DNA from: Barthelona sp. PAP020
Lineage: Eukaryota
Length of the DNA stretch: 43,436 bases
Assembly: GCA_040182905.1 (NCBI GenBank)
Contig: JARQWU010000061.1
Span: 1-43,436 of the forward strand
Direction: 5' to 3'
The notes under the pieces were generated by a model, which saw only the letters and a program-made list of their open reading frames with translations, was not told the origin of the DNA and ran no database searches. Below are positions 9,901 through 24,900 of this stretch, in pieces. Both the position numbers and the translations under genes were made by a program. Position 1 is the stretch's first letter, and each line of letters begins with the position of its first letter.

Positions 9901-12900
9901 CAACAGCTGGTGAAGTAATTATTAGTGATAACACTACTTTTGAAGGTACTTTGAATTTCAGTTGTGATTCAATTGGTTTGTTTATTGGTACTGAAAATTC
10001 TTCACTTTGGTATGAATATGTATTCACCAGCACTTCTAAAGTGTATACATACAATAATGCAACATTAATCACATTAAATGAGAATTTAGTTGTCAAAGTC
10101 TTTGGTTTATTTGAAATTTTAACTGAAATTCATTTAAACTACGCCCAATTCTTGTTTAAAGATTGTGTTATGCATATTGATAGCATAGAATTATTGGAAG
10201 GTAATCTGACTATTGACCATTGTGTTCATCAGAAGAATCATTACGATTTGGTGCTTGATGTGTTTGAGATTTTCAATTCTCAAGTTACATTCATTGGAAT
10301 CAATGGTTTATATGTTGATGAATTGATCATTAATGGTACCACTGCATTGTCTCTTGTTGATTTGAAAGAAGTTATTTTTAAAGACCGTTTGGTGATGCAA
10401 TCAGGTTCATTGGTTGGACCTGCTGTGATCTATACAGGATCAATTGAATTCTTTGCTGGATATATTCGCAAAGACATTCAAATTATATTATATGAATCAA
10501 ATATCACTTTGGAAGGAGAACCAAATTATCATCTTTTGGTTGATGATGGTTCAAATATTATAATTCCTGATGGATTGAATATGACTGTTGAAGGTCAAAG
10601 ATCTTATTTAGAGTTTGGAGATAACACCTATTTGAAGGTTGAAGGTGATATGTATGTAGCCAATGAATATAGTGAATTTACTGTTCATTCTGTTGAAAAA
10701 CCAACATTTTCAGCAAACGCACAACAAATACTAGATCCTTATTTGAATTATCAGTATCCTGCTAATTATGTGTGGCCAATTTTTGATATTAGAGGAAATT
10801 TGGTTGTCAACACTACTTTATATATTGAATCAAAGATCAAGATGACTGGTCAATTAAGTATTGAACCTGGTGCTAAATTTTTGATCGGTAGTATGGTTAT
10901 TGACTTCAATGTTGAATTAACTGATACAACTCAAGGATTGGAAAAGAGTTATTTGATTGGTACAAGTACTATTGTTGTATTGCCTAATGTTGTGATAAAT
11001 GGTATGGGTTCTGAGTTATTGTGTTCATCAACTGGTTATTTACGTTTTGGTGGTATTTGGAACATCAGTAAAGCTTTTGTTGTCACCGAAGGTACCTATC
11101 AATTTTTACCAGGCGCTATTTTTGATTTCAAACAATTGAATATTAGTGGTGGTAAAACGATGTTTAGCCGTGTATCTGCTGATCAAGAACAATGGGATAT
11201 GACCAAGATATTTGTTGATAGTGGAGATTTAATCTTAGATGGATTGAAAAAACAAGTTAATATTGATCTCTTGTATGTCAAACAAGGTACAATTACCATT
11301 GAAAACATGGTGAAAACACCAAATATCACCAAAATTATACTTGGAGGAGGATATATTGAATTTGGAAAACAAGATGTGTCATCACATTTTGAATTGTTGG
11401 ATTTAAGAGGAGGAGATGTCGTTTTTAATACAGGCAAACCTGTTTATGTTGATTTCTTCTATTTGAGTAAGGGATCAAAGATTTCAGGTTCAGATACTGT
11501 CATTGTATTGAATCGCAGTGTTTTGACAGATGGTATTGTTGAATCAGATATTATTTTTGATGAAGAAAGTTTTGTTCATTTCATGAATTCTGTTACTGAT
11601 GTGGGTGTTGTATGTAACGATAACAAAATGTTGTTGAATGGTTTAACGTCTTTAAATGATGGTATTATAATATCATTGAAAGGTTCTGCTAATTTTACCT
11701 TCAACAATCAAGTCAGTTTGAATGGTTTGGTTAATTTTACTCAAACCAGTGAAAGTTTGATGAAAGGTGAACGAAATGTTTTTGAAGCATCCAACAATTC
11801 TACTTGGTTACAAATGGAGTCAGATGATGAAGTTTATCTTGACATTATGTCTTTTGATGTTTTAAATATCCAAAAAGCATATATTATTATGGACGGTTCT
11901 TCATGGAATTTTAAAGGTGAAGTTGATATGGTTGATTCAGTATATTTTATTGCTAGTATGATGAATCTCGAAGGTAAAATGAATATTTCTGATTTACTTC
12001 TCTCTGGACCCAGCAGTCTTGAAAATTTCTTCAAAAATCAACCTGAAAAATGTGATATTACTGTTCAGTACATTTATAATCTTGAATTAGGTGATAGCCT
12101 TACTTCATTGGAGGAGGTTGATTTTGGCTTGCCCGATGAATATAAAAGTTCTACTTTAGCCTATTTCGAAGATGGTCAACTGCATATTCCTGTTGTTTAT
12201 AGTGGTCATTACACTATTTATAGTGGTGATACTGAATATCTTTGTTGGAATGAAGCTGTTAACAAACACGGTGATATCATTGCAATTGACACAATTGGAG
12301 ATGAATTTATTGAAGATAATGAATGGTTTAAGAGTTTGAACACAGATGAAGAGAAATGGTGGAAGTCATTTGCTCCCAGTGATGAGTATTCAGGAGATTG
12401 TACATTTATTGCTTATGCAAAGAGTAACAGTTCACAATATGTGCATGTAAACGTATCTGATGGAATTGTTCCTCAAGGAAAATTCAACCATACAGTTATT
12501 ACTGGTAAGTTGGATTATGGCATTGCAAATTACTTAAATGTTGAACTTTCTAATGGAGAAGCTGTTTATTGTGGTGTGAAACCTTTACCACCTGTTGATT
12601 TTGATTCATTTGTGTTTGCGTTGAAAGGTGAATTGTATACACAAGCTCAAACTTTGAAAACAACTTTTGCTACTTTTTCATTGGAAAAGGGTTTTTATTG
12701 GAATTTGGAAGAGTTTGATTTGTATAAAACAACATTTAAGATTGCAAATGATGTTGATAGAGACTTAAACATTGTATTTAAAGGTGTTATGACAGGTGGA
12801 CGTTTTGAAGTTGTTGGTGAACGTTTGAACCTTACCTTTATTAATTTTGAATTCAGTTCTAATGCTGAAATTCATTTAAATCATGTTTTAAGTGCTAATT

Positions 12901-15900
12901 TTTATGAAATTACTTACAATAGCATTCTATTCTATTCAATGGATTCTACAATTATCATGGATGAAGTGTTTGATGGTATTTCTATTAAATCTATCGGTTT
13001 ATCATTATACAATAGTGAAATTATTGTAGAATCCAATTCTTTTGCTTCAAATTATGCTATATATGTTGATAACTCTTCTTTAATTTTTGATAATTTATTG
13101 GTTGTTGATGCACGTTTTAGCATTTTGAATTCTTACAATTATTTCGCCAATGTTACAATACAAAGAAGTTCAATGGTCACTATTCAAAGCAATAACGAAA
13201 TATTTATTGATCTTTTGGATATTTATAGATCATACGTACGTGTTTTTGATAATAATAATTTGAATATCACAGAAATGTATGTTAAAACTACTAGTTATGA
13301 TCCTTTTTATGATTTTGATGTCACATTTAGGGATATAACTCATACAATTGAAACTAGAATGAATGGGAGCAATTATATTCAAGATTTATATCTTGATAAT
13401 ATGATTTGGAAGTCTCAATCAGATACTTCTGCGGTTGATTCTTTACATTGGTTGTCTGGACGTATTCAATGCAGTAATACCATTGAAGTTGCTCATTTCT
13501 TAGGAGAATCAAATGGTGTTAAAGCTTTATATTTTGGTTGTACTATCCGCATGACTGCTGAATCAAAGTTTGAATCAGGCCAATTATTATTTGCTGGTTC
13601 TTTTGATGTCGCTCAAAATGCAAGTTTCTATTTCTATGTTAATGATATGAGAACTGTGTGGGAATACAAATATTGTTATACTTCATGTTATCGTCATCAT
13701 TGTAGAACACATTGTTATCGTCGTCTTCGTGCAAACGAATATTATGGTATTGCTGGAGACAGTAACATATATGTGAGTGGTAATATGACTATTAATGTTG
13801 TACCTAGATCTTGGAGCTTCAAGAGTAACATATTTAAGACATATGAAGGCAGTGTTGTTGAGTTTATTAGCAATGCAGATATAATGAGAAGCTGGCAAAT
13901 TGGTGGTATTTTTAAATCAAATTATAACATCAGATATTTAGCTTCACCAAGTTCTTTAAGTTGGAATTCTTATGGAACTTCAGAAGTGTATTTGAATACA
14001 TTCAGAATCATTACCACGAATGTTGATGATTATAACAGAGCAGATGCGATTGCTAGAGGTATTTTTAATGTAACCAACTTACAAATAACAGAAGCAACGC
14101 TTCAATTCTTAGGATCCGATGCTATTATCAATGTTGATCATTTCACAATGGATTCTTCCACAATGATTGCTCATGATATAATTAATTCCAGTTGTATTGG
14201 TATAACTGAACTTCAAGATTCTATTATTCGTATGAAAAATACTGATTTGTTTGTGTTTGATAAAGTTTATGCTTCTGCATCTTCAAAGATATACAATGCT
14301 AATCCTTTATTGGTCATTGGTTACCTATATCTTAATAATGCCACGGTTACTGGTAATTATCAATCGTTACTTGGAGGTTTTAACATCACAACTTTACATG
14401 TCAAAAAGGCTTCCATTGTTGTTATTGACAATTTAGTTGTTTATAATTTTGCTCAATTAGCTCCTAATTCTGAAAGCGATTGTACAGAGAATTTCTATCA
14501 TTGGTACTATTATCACGATTCTTATACAGTTTGTCAACGTTATCGTCAAATCAATAATTTTTCGATTGTAACAAAGGGTGTCTTTGATAAGACAACGTAT
14601 TTTGTTCATGTTAATCTTGAAACCAATCTTAACACGACTTTGTTAACTTTACAATCTGTTTACATATATGGTTGGTATACAATTTTGAACCATGGTCAAA
14701 TGAATGTTATTAATAGTGGTCGTTTGTACAATTTTGATTTTGCTGGAACTTTGACAAATGCTGTTGATGGTGTTTTAACTATTGAAGCAAGTTCATATCT
14801 TCAATTGAGAAATTTCAAGGGTATTAATTATGGAAACTTTACTGTCAGGAATACTGGTGTTTTACAAGGTTATAGTGGTAATGTATACAGTCTTTGGATA
14901 AATAAAGTTAATTCCACTCTTTTCATTGAAGGTACTTCTTGGAGTGATTTTAAAGGACATTACATGTATACTTATGGTTTTTATCAAGCCCCTGAATTAC
15001 ATTTTAGCAATGAGGGTAAGCATATTTTTAACACTGAAGAAATCAATGTTGATCTAATCAGTGTTTATAATTATGGGGTTGTTCAAATCTTGAATGCTAT
15101 TGCATTATCTGAAGATAATAGTTATAGAAAAATTAGAGTTGAACAATATGCTCAATTTATTTGGACTACGATTTCTGATATCAATATTGAATCTTTTGAA
15201 TCAATCAATTATGGACAAACTCATTTAACTGTTGAAAATGGTGATTTATATGTAAACAATACCGTTGGTAGAAGTCACGGCTTAATGGATGTGCTATTTA
15301 ACAATGGTACTTTTGGAGTTGACACAGCTGATCTTACAACCAAGGCAAAATTGAACATTGAAAATATGAATGATGATGTTATTGTTGAGAATTATTTGAA
15401 CATTGATGGTATCATTCATGCTTTCAATATTAGCGGGTACTTTATTATTAATGAACAAGATTTTGTTAATGAAGGTGAGTTAAAGATTGACACTTTTGAT
15501 AACATCATTATTGGAGGTAATAAAGAAGTTACGATGATTAATAAGGGTATAATGAACTTACGTAATTTAAGGGAAGATGAAATTCTTGCAAAGCTTACGA
15601 ATACTTTAAATGCTCAATTTATTATTTACAATGTGCGTAATTTAGATGTTAATATCATTATCAATTATGGAACAGTGTATTTTGAAAAGGTTTTGAATTT
15701 CACAGCAGAATATTTGGAAAATAATGATGGTCTATTGCATTTGAATGATGTTGCCAAAGTGGATTATGAACTATTGTTGAATTCTGCTGATGTCATTTTT
15801 GAAGAAGTTAGAATTATGAACGTTAGTCCATATTACATGTTAACATCAACCAGTAAAATGACATATCATGGAATTATTGAGGTGTTCAACATTCCTTATC

Positions 15901-18900
15901 ATTTTTATGCAGGTAATGGTACAATTATTCTCGAAGATTTCTATTTAAGTCCTGTTATTGGATTTTTGGATCCAATGAAAGGTACATTTGTGTTAAATTC
16001 AAAACAACTAGTTACCGTTGATTATTCAATTATCAATTTTGGAGCCAAAATTAGTGGTTATGACACCGTTTATTTCATCCATGAAAATGGTGTCAAATGG
16101 AACGGTGGAGAAATTGAAACCTTAACCATTTTTATTAATTATGGTTTTGTTGTCAATGGTAGTGTTGAGCATATTTGGCGTGGTGCTATGCTTGAGAATG
16201 CAACTACAATCGATATTATTAATGATCCTATTGTATTGGGAATTGATGGATATTGGAAAGTTTCAACAGATATTGAATGGAAAGGAGGTTTTGATACTCA
16301 TTTCAAGGTTCAAGCAAAAAATACTGCTACAAAATTATACCTTGAAGAAAGTACAACAATGTCAATAGCTTCAGGTTTTACTTTCGAATGGTATATTCAT
16401 ACAAAGATCAGTTGGAATGTTTTAACCAATGATATGCATTTTAAATATGGTGGAGGTATTTTTGAAAAGAATGTTTCTGTTTCTTCAACTCGTTTGTTGA
16501 GTTTTACTGATGGATTTTATACTTTAACTGAAACCAGTGTTGTAACACCATCTGATATTAGATTTGAAGTGTTGTCAAATGATTGTACTGGAACTTTTGT
16601 TTACAAGCCTACTATTGGTGTTCACGTATTTGGAAAGTTTGAACCTGTAAGTATTGATGTTTATGATAAGGGTTACATAATGTTTGAATCTGGTTCACTT
16701 ATTCAATTGTCTTCCGTTAATATCAAGGAGAGTGCATGCGTGTTGATTCATGATATTGATACTTTGAATAGCAGTGCTACAGAAATTAATATCGTTCCTA
16801 CCTGTGATAATTCTGGTCTCTTCGCATATATTGATCCACGCAAGGATGTTTATTTCAAAGATTGGTATTTTGATTATGTTTGTGAAATTCAATTCCGTAA
16901 ATTCAGCAAGGTTAATCTTTATGTCGAACCCATTGATTTGAGTGATGGTGGACATGTACGTTTCCTGAAATCTGGAATTAGTTCAAATGAAGTTGGATGG
17001 ATGAACAATCAAACTCTTGAATCATTGAAGATCAACAATGCCAATGCAATATTTGAAGCCAATACTGGATTAAATTATTACATTACAGATGTTATTTTCA
17101 ATGCTGGTGTTCGTACTGGTTACGATTTACTAAATATTTCAACAATGGAACAAAATGGAGGCCTTTCTTACTATGGTTCATATAACGTTAGTGATATGAC
17201 TATTGGTGGAGATGCAACTAAACGTTATGTTGATGGTTCTGAAGTTTTTTCTATCGATCATCTTATTATTGGTGGTACAGGCTCAGTCAGTATTGAAAAT
17301 GGTTTTTACATGTATGGTAATTCCACAGTTATTGACAATGCACATTTTGTTGGTGTTGGTACCATAGTTTTGTATGGCGAAACTAAATTATTGTCTAGTT
17401 GGACTTTAGAATGTTATTCTAAGTTCCTTTTACCCAGTAGCACTACCGTAACCGAATCTAAAACGTTAAAGGTATATCAATCAACCATTGATTCTGAAAT
17501 TCTTTTTGAAGCATCAACTTACCTTATACTTGCACACAATCGTTATCATATTCAAAGTAATGCTCTATTGAATGGTACTGGTGGTATTATGAAATATGGT
17601 GCTGGATCTATCATTGTTTTTGATGGTGTGTATTTAATGACACCTATTTTTGATCAACTTTATAATTCTGAGTTTACGTTTACCACTTTATCTTCAATTA
17701 ACATCACAACGTTGATTGTTAGAGCTGGTTTTGTTAAAGTGCAAGATGTTACAAGTATCACTCAAAACTTGACTTTTGATTCCATTGTTGTCAAAACAAG
17801 AGGAAGATTGTATTTTGAAACTTTCCATAATAACATCGATATTAAGTCCATTGAGATTAAGGTTGGTGTTTTATCATTCAAAAATATTAATTTTATGACA
17901 AAGATTGGTTCCATCACCTTAGATGGTGGTTATTTAGTGTTTGATAGTGGTTGTAATGTTACAATTGGTGAGTTTACCCTTATTGAAGGTTTTAAGACAG
18001 GCGTTGATAATCTTTTCATTGACACATTGATTTGGAGAGGTGGTGGTTTCCTTGGTAATACCCAAACACATGTTTTGGTTAATGCAACATTCTTGGGAAC
18101 TGATAAGAGATTTATTGGTCTAAATCATCAAGTCTTTATTGAACATCAATTATATTCATCTGGTTTTTATACCATTCACAGTTGTGGTGGTTTATCAAAT
18201 GAATTACATTATTCAGGTAATACTTCTTCAATTAATGGTACAATTAAATTGTTATCTGGTGTTCCTGGAGGTTCTGAGAATTCTAAAACTTGGAGTTATT
18301 GGATCCAAGGATACAGTGGTTTTAGTTTTGGTTGTTCTCATTATTCAATTTACAACACTGATCTATGCACAAGCAGCGTTTTAGCTAAAGAACCTGTGTT
18401 GGGTCAAGTACATGCTACTTCAAGTTGTTTATTGCATTTTTCACTTTCCAATTGTAATTCTGATTCTGCATATGCCAATAAGTATCCCAGAGCCATAGAA
18501 TATAATTCACCAACCACTCAAAAGTTAGGTTTTGTTTTGTATAATACTAGTGTGTTAAATATTGAGGAGAAAGCCATGTTTAATTATTCTAATCATTACT
18601 TATCCTTGAAAGGTCACATTAATGTTAAAGGTTCACTCTTTATCAAACAGGGATTCACTATTGAAAAGAATTCCAGTGTTCAATTATATGATGGCGGTAT
18701 TTTTGAAGTTCATGGTGGTGTTAATCACGTTTATGGTTCTCTATTTGATATCACATCTGAGCCAGATATTAGTAAACATGGTAAATTCATCACGAGATAT
18801 ATTCTGTTATCGTATTTGAATTACCGTCCTTATGTGTGGTGGTGGTACAGTTGTAGATTCTGTGCTTCTGAATGTATTTTCAAACGTTCTGACGTTGTGT

Positions 18901-21900
18901 TCCACAATAACAGTTACTTTAATATTACTTCAGGTGGTAGAGTATTACAATCGACATGGACAGTTGAAGAAGGAGCCATATTTACTCCCTCTGAATTCTT
19001 TGTTGAAACATCACCCCCTGTCACTTGCAGAAAATATTATAAGCCTTATGAAGGTTGTTTAGCTTCTCGAATTGTATCATTCAGAAGAGATGGTATATTA
19101 AATATTGAGTCTAGTAAGTTCGATGCTGGTACTTTACATGCTTTGGGAGGAAATGTATATTTGAAGAATGTTACCATTGAATTGGACATTTTGAATATGC
19201 AATCTGGTCTTATTTCAGGTAACATAATTGGAACTGTTAATATTGAAAACAAACTAAATTGGTACGGTGGTTATTTTACTAATTATTTGTTTGTTAATTC
19301 ATTCAATTTCACCAAAATCATGGGACCAATTATTAAACAAATTAATTATCACAGTACATTGAGATTATTTGGTGAAACTGATTTCCTTTCCACTGGTGCT
19401 TTGAGTTTAAGTACAAACAGTACCTTTATTAACAATGGTATCTTTAACAACAATATCAGTTCTGTTTATAAGGGTGTTGGTAGTTTGAGATCACATTTTA
19501 TCAATAATGGTACTTTCAACATCAATAAGCCTTCTACAAATGTTTATTTCTACATTGGTTTTGATTCCACTGAAGATTCCATTGCTAACGTTAATAATGG
19601 TATTATTAACATTCTTGAAGGTGGTAATTTCAATGGTTCTATCAATATTACCAATCCTCAAGGCGCATTATATGTTTCTTCAAAGGGCTACACTACTCTT
19701 TGGAATAACCCAATTCTAAATTTCACAAAGACATCTCATTTTGAAATGTGGGGTTCCTTATATGTATTTGGTGATATTGGTGCTGTATATTTCTCAGGAT
19801 ATTTCTTCAGCAATACCACTTTGTATGTTAGAGGAGGTTATGTGAAATATCATGATGGTGCTATTTTGGATAAGTTTGAACGTATTGACTTGAATGAAGG
19901 TACAGTTGAATTTTATGACATTAATTCCACTTTAGTTATTCAAAATATTCAACAAACAAAGGGTGCTGTTAATTATTTCACTGATACTAATGTTACTACC
20001 GTTAGACATTATTTATATGGTGGTATTAAGGGTGGTACGGATGTTAATATCATTACTGAAGAATTGGATATGTGTGGTGGTCAATTAGGAAATTCCTCAA
20101 AGACATTCATTCAAAATGAAGCTAAGATTAGAAGAGCAAGAGAAACTGCCATGCTTTACAAGGCTTTATTATACATTGAATCAAATGCAACTTTGGATTT
20201 CCCACCTGGTACTATTGATGATGGTATCAGTTATAGAGTTGTACCTTGCTTTAATGCTTATAACGAATCCACCATTGATAATTATGGTACTGTCTATATA
20301 TTGCATCCTTTGAAGATTTCTGTTCCTTCAGATGAAAAGGCGGATTTCAATAACTATAATTTGTTTGACGTCAAAGATAATGCTAACATAGCTTTAACCT
20401 TATATAATTATAATTTGACAACTGTTTTTGGATCTATCTTCTATTTGAACAGAGGTGGTTGGTCTTACGGCACTTTGTCATTTGGAGCACTTGTTGAATT
20501 CCTTGTTGGTACGAGGTTTGTCGTTGCTGAAGGTAGTTTTTGGAAGGTTGCTGGTGTTTATGTCAACTTTTTGAAGGATGGTGTTCTTGATCTTTATGGT
20601 AACATGGAATTAGAGCATTTGAAAGTTGTTATGGATATTCCTTATGAAGAACAAATGGAAAATCCCACTCTAAGATATGGTAACATGAATATCTATTCCA
20701 GTGCCACATTTACTTCTGACACTAAGATTGAATTATCTGGTCCTAATATCACTTTCTATGAACAACACAAGGAATTAACTTTACATACCTTGATATTACG
20801 TAACGGTTTTGCACATTTCTATTCTAATAAACCTGTATTGATTGAGCAACTTATCATTAGAGGTGGTTATAGAGATGGATCTGATCCTGTTGTTGTTACT
20901 GGACAATTATTGTGGCAAAGTGGTGGTTTATCAGGTAATGGTACTACCACATCAACTAATTTGACATCTTTACAAAATGTTGTTCAATTACCACCTGAAT
21001 TGATGAAAGTTCTCCCCAATATTAAGCTATACTTGTTGGATGAAGCTATTTTTGAAAACAATGGAATTGCTTATGCCAATTTCCCTGCAACTTTCTATGG
21101 TGATCATGGTGCTCGTATCATTAATAATGGTGTATGGAATTTTAACCATCGTGTTCGTTGGTCAACAGCTAATGTTACAGAAGCAACCATTTTTGAAGAG
21201 AAAATTGTTGAATATGAAGAAAAGGAATATACTTTGAAGAATTGGACTGGTTTACCATATTGGATCAATAGAGGTGATATTAAAGGTAAATCTACAGAAG
21301 AATATTTTGAAACCATGTGGCGTATGCAATTGGAATCTGGTATTTTCTATGCTAATCAAGAAAAAGTTGTTTTGGGCAGAGGTATTCAAGCAACTGAAGG
21401 TACAATTATTTTCAATGATACCTTGGTGTTTGAAGGAGATTTCATTTTTGAAAAGGATTCTGCTATTTACGGTCATAATGTAAAACTCAATGTTTCCAAC
21501 AATGCGACTGTTATTTTTGAAGGTTTATTCTGTGTTACTGGTGATGATACTGTTGTGTCTGGAGAAGGTGAATTAGTTTTCACCAACGTTACTCGATTCT
21601 GTGAAACTTCTTATGTTGTTATGTGCGGTACTAATGTTAGTTTCCATGAAGATAAGGTTTTAAGAGGTTTAGAATTGGATTGTGGTTCATATAGATTAGG
21701 TCCTGGACGTTTGATTGTTCAAGAAGAATTAAGAATTGGACATGGTGGTTTGGATGGTGGATTGACAATATCTCAACGCAACACCAACTTTTATGGATCT
21801 GCTGATAAGTACATTGGTGATTATACAACATTGACCATTGAAGATAATCTTGAAATTAATGGAAATTCCAGATTGATTGGAGGACATGATGCAAGATTGA

Positions 21901-24900
21901 AAATAATGGAGTCTGCTACAATGCATATTTGTGGTGGTGTGAACGTTATTCAAAGAAATGCTTCTGCTATTCCAATTATTTACAATGAAGGTACAATCGT
22001 TAAAGATGCAGCATGCAATAATGCAGATCAATCTTCTTCTATTTCATGGGCTGTTGAGCAAACAACCAGTGGTTTAATTCATATTGCCAAGGGTGAATTG
22101 TTCTTAGACCCCGTTGAATCAACGTTAGCAGGAGAAATTAGAATTGGTGCTTTAGGTATCTATAGATTGTATGATGATAGTACTTTGGTTGGAACTGCAA
22201 AGTTCACTACTGTTTGTGGTGCTAATATTGATCCTAATGGATATACAATGACTTTTGTTGGAATTAATATTGTTCCTGATTCAAATTGTATATTTGAAAT
22301 CAAAAATGGTGTCATTGAGATTGGTGATGATGCAGTTTTGAATATTGTTAAAACTCATATCTTCAACAATGGTACGTTGAGATTAAACAATGGAACAATT
22401 CCTTTGTTGTCTGATGTTCAAATATATGACAACGGTAGTTTGGATGCGGCATCTGGAAATGTCATGACTATTACAGATATGCATGTTTATGATGGAAATT
22501 TGATTGGATCTGGTAAGATTGTAATTGAAAGTGCTATTGTTGAATCAATTTTATTCAAAGATGTCGAAGTTGATATTCAAACCCTTGATTTTAAGGCTGG
22601 AGAACATATGTTTGACAATACAAAAATATATGTTGTTGATTCTTTGACAGTTCATGAGGGAAACATGAACATGTCCACAAGTTTGATCCATTTGAAAGAA
22701 TATTCATCTATTATTTTTAAGGATGAACATTCTATCTTTGCTGATGCTGATGATAATTCATTATTTGAAACTGAAGCAAATTCAAATGTTATTGTTGAAG
22801 GAAAGTTAAGTGTACAAGCTAATTTTGATGTACAAGGTGAATTATTTGTTAATAACAATGGATCTTTAACTATTGACACATTCATTGGTCAAGGATTTAT
22901 AATTGAAGGTACTGTTAAAAATGAAGGTGTTATTGATATCAATTCAATGATGCATGTGAAAGGAATACTTAATAATTTAGGAGTTTTGAATGTTTATGGT
23001 GTTTTAGACGTTAATTATGCCACTGTTATTTCTAATAGTTGTATGAATGTTATGAAAGAAGCTACATTAACTTTATTGAGTTCTAAAATTACTTCCCTTC
23101 ATTTATGTTCTGTTGAAGGAGATATTGATGTTGTTGATTCTACCTTTACAAACATTATTGTTGATCATATTGATGGATCTGAGGTTAAATTCTACACCAG
23201 TGAGATATTACGCTTAAGTTTGTTACATTGTTTGAATACTGATATTGATTTTGTTGAAACAAATTCCAGCAATGTTAATTTCAACACTGAAAACAACTGT
23301 AACATATCTATTCTTGCTGGAGAAACATACATTGAAAAGACTAATATGATTAATAGTGTTTTGAAAGTAGCAGTATTCAGAGAAAATGCTGAATCCAAGA
23401 CAGATCCAAGACAATTAGAAGATGACTTCATCAAATTTGAAGGAGATATGACTTTATTGAATTCTTCAGTCAATTTAAAGAGCGCTTGGATTTGGGAAAT
23501 CAATGAAATTAATATTACACTTGATAATTCCGAATTGCTTTTCTCAACTTGGAATTCTTCTCATGCAGTTGTTGATCAATTATACATGACAGGAGTTTCT
23601 ACGTTGTATGGAGAATTGGATGTTAATCAATTTGAATTTGAAGGAGGTGATTTATTGGATGAAACAATTTTACTTGTTCAAAATGTCATTTTCAGTACTG
23701 AACAAATAAAAGACTTTAATGATGAAACCAAGGTTACTGTTCTCAAGGAGACTAATTGGACGGCTGGTGATATTTATGGTTTATTTAACAGTGAATTATA
23801 TATTCCTGTTAATTCTATCTTTAGAATTCAAAGTGATGATGTTATGGATTGTCCTGATAATAGCAGACCTCTTTTGAATGTTTTAGGTGAAATTGAAGTA
23901 AATAATGACGCAACTATTCGTTGGAGATTTGATCTTTCAAATTATGTTAACATTATTGATGGTGCTGTTTTGACATTAGATGGTAATACCACTTGTAACA
24001 ATGGTAACTTTACTGTTCAAAAAGATTCAAACTTGATCATTACTTATGGTTTTATTGGAACTGAAACTTGTGGATTGACAGGTGATGGTGGATTAATCAT
24101 CAACGATACTGATGCTTATGTAGTTCTTGATGGTTATCTCAATCTCATGGATACTCTTACCGTTATTGATGGTTTGTTAGATTTACGTACCACTGAAATT
24201 GGTTATATGGATCTTGATTGGATTGGTGGTATAGTGTTGATGAAAGAAATTCATGGTTGTGAGCTTGTTATTTCTAAAGTTGAAGAAGATCATCTCTATT
24301 TCATTAACAACAACACTTTATGCAACATAACTATTTCTCAATTCTTCAGTTATTTGATTGAAATTGGACCTGTTGATTTTGATAAAGTTCAAATAGGTCA
24401 CATGTTAAGTTCAGCTTCATTGGTTTTCCATGACCGAGCTTTCATTGATGAAGTTTGTTTGAAAGATATCAATGGTGGCAATGTCACATTTGAAAAAGAC
24501 TCCCAATCTACTATTAGTTGTTTCGTGCAAAATAATGGAGATGCTTTCTTCCAAACCAATGCAAACCTTAAATTAGATGTCTGTTTGACATTAAATGGAG
24601 GTAATACAGTGTTTGATCATGGTAGTGTAGAATCTCTAATTATTGAATGCATCATTGTCAGAAACAATGCAAGATTAACAGTTAATCAACGATTGGATAA
24701 GGCTAACAATACACTTGTCATTAGAGATTTGACAATTGAGACAACAGGTCTGTTTGGAACAGATTCAAATGATTATAACTATCCTTACAATTCATTGTTT
24801 ATCATTGGTACTTGGTTAATTAAAGGTGGTGGAATGAATGTTCATTCTTCAGTGTCTTTAGGAGTTGCTGCTAGTGTTATTCAAACTGGTAACTTTATTA

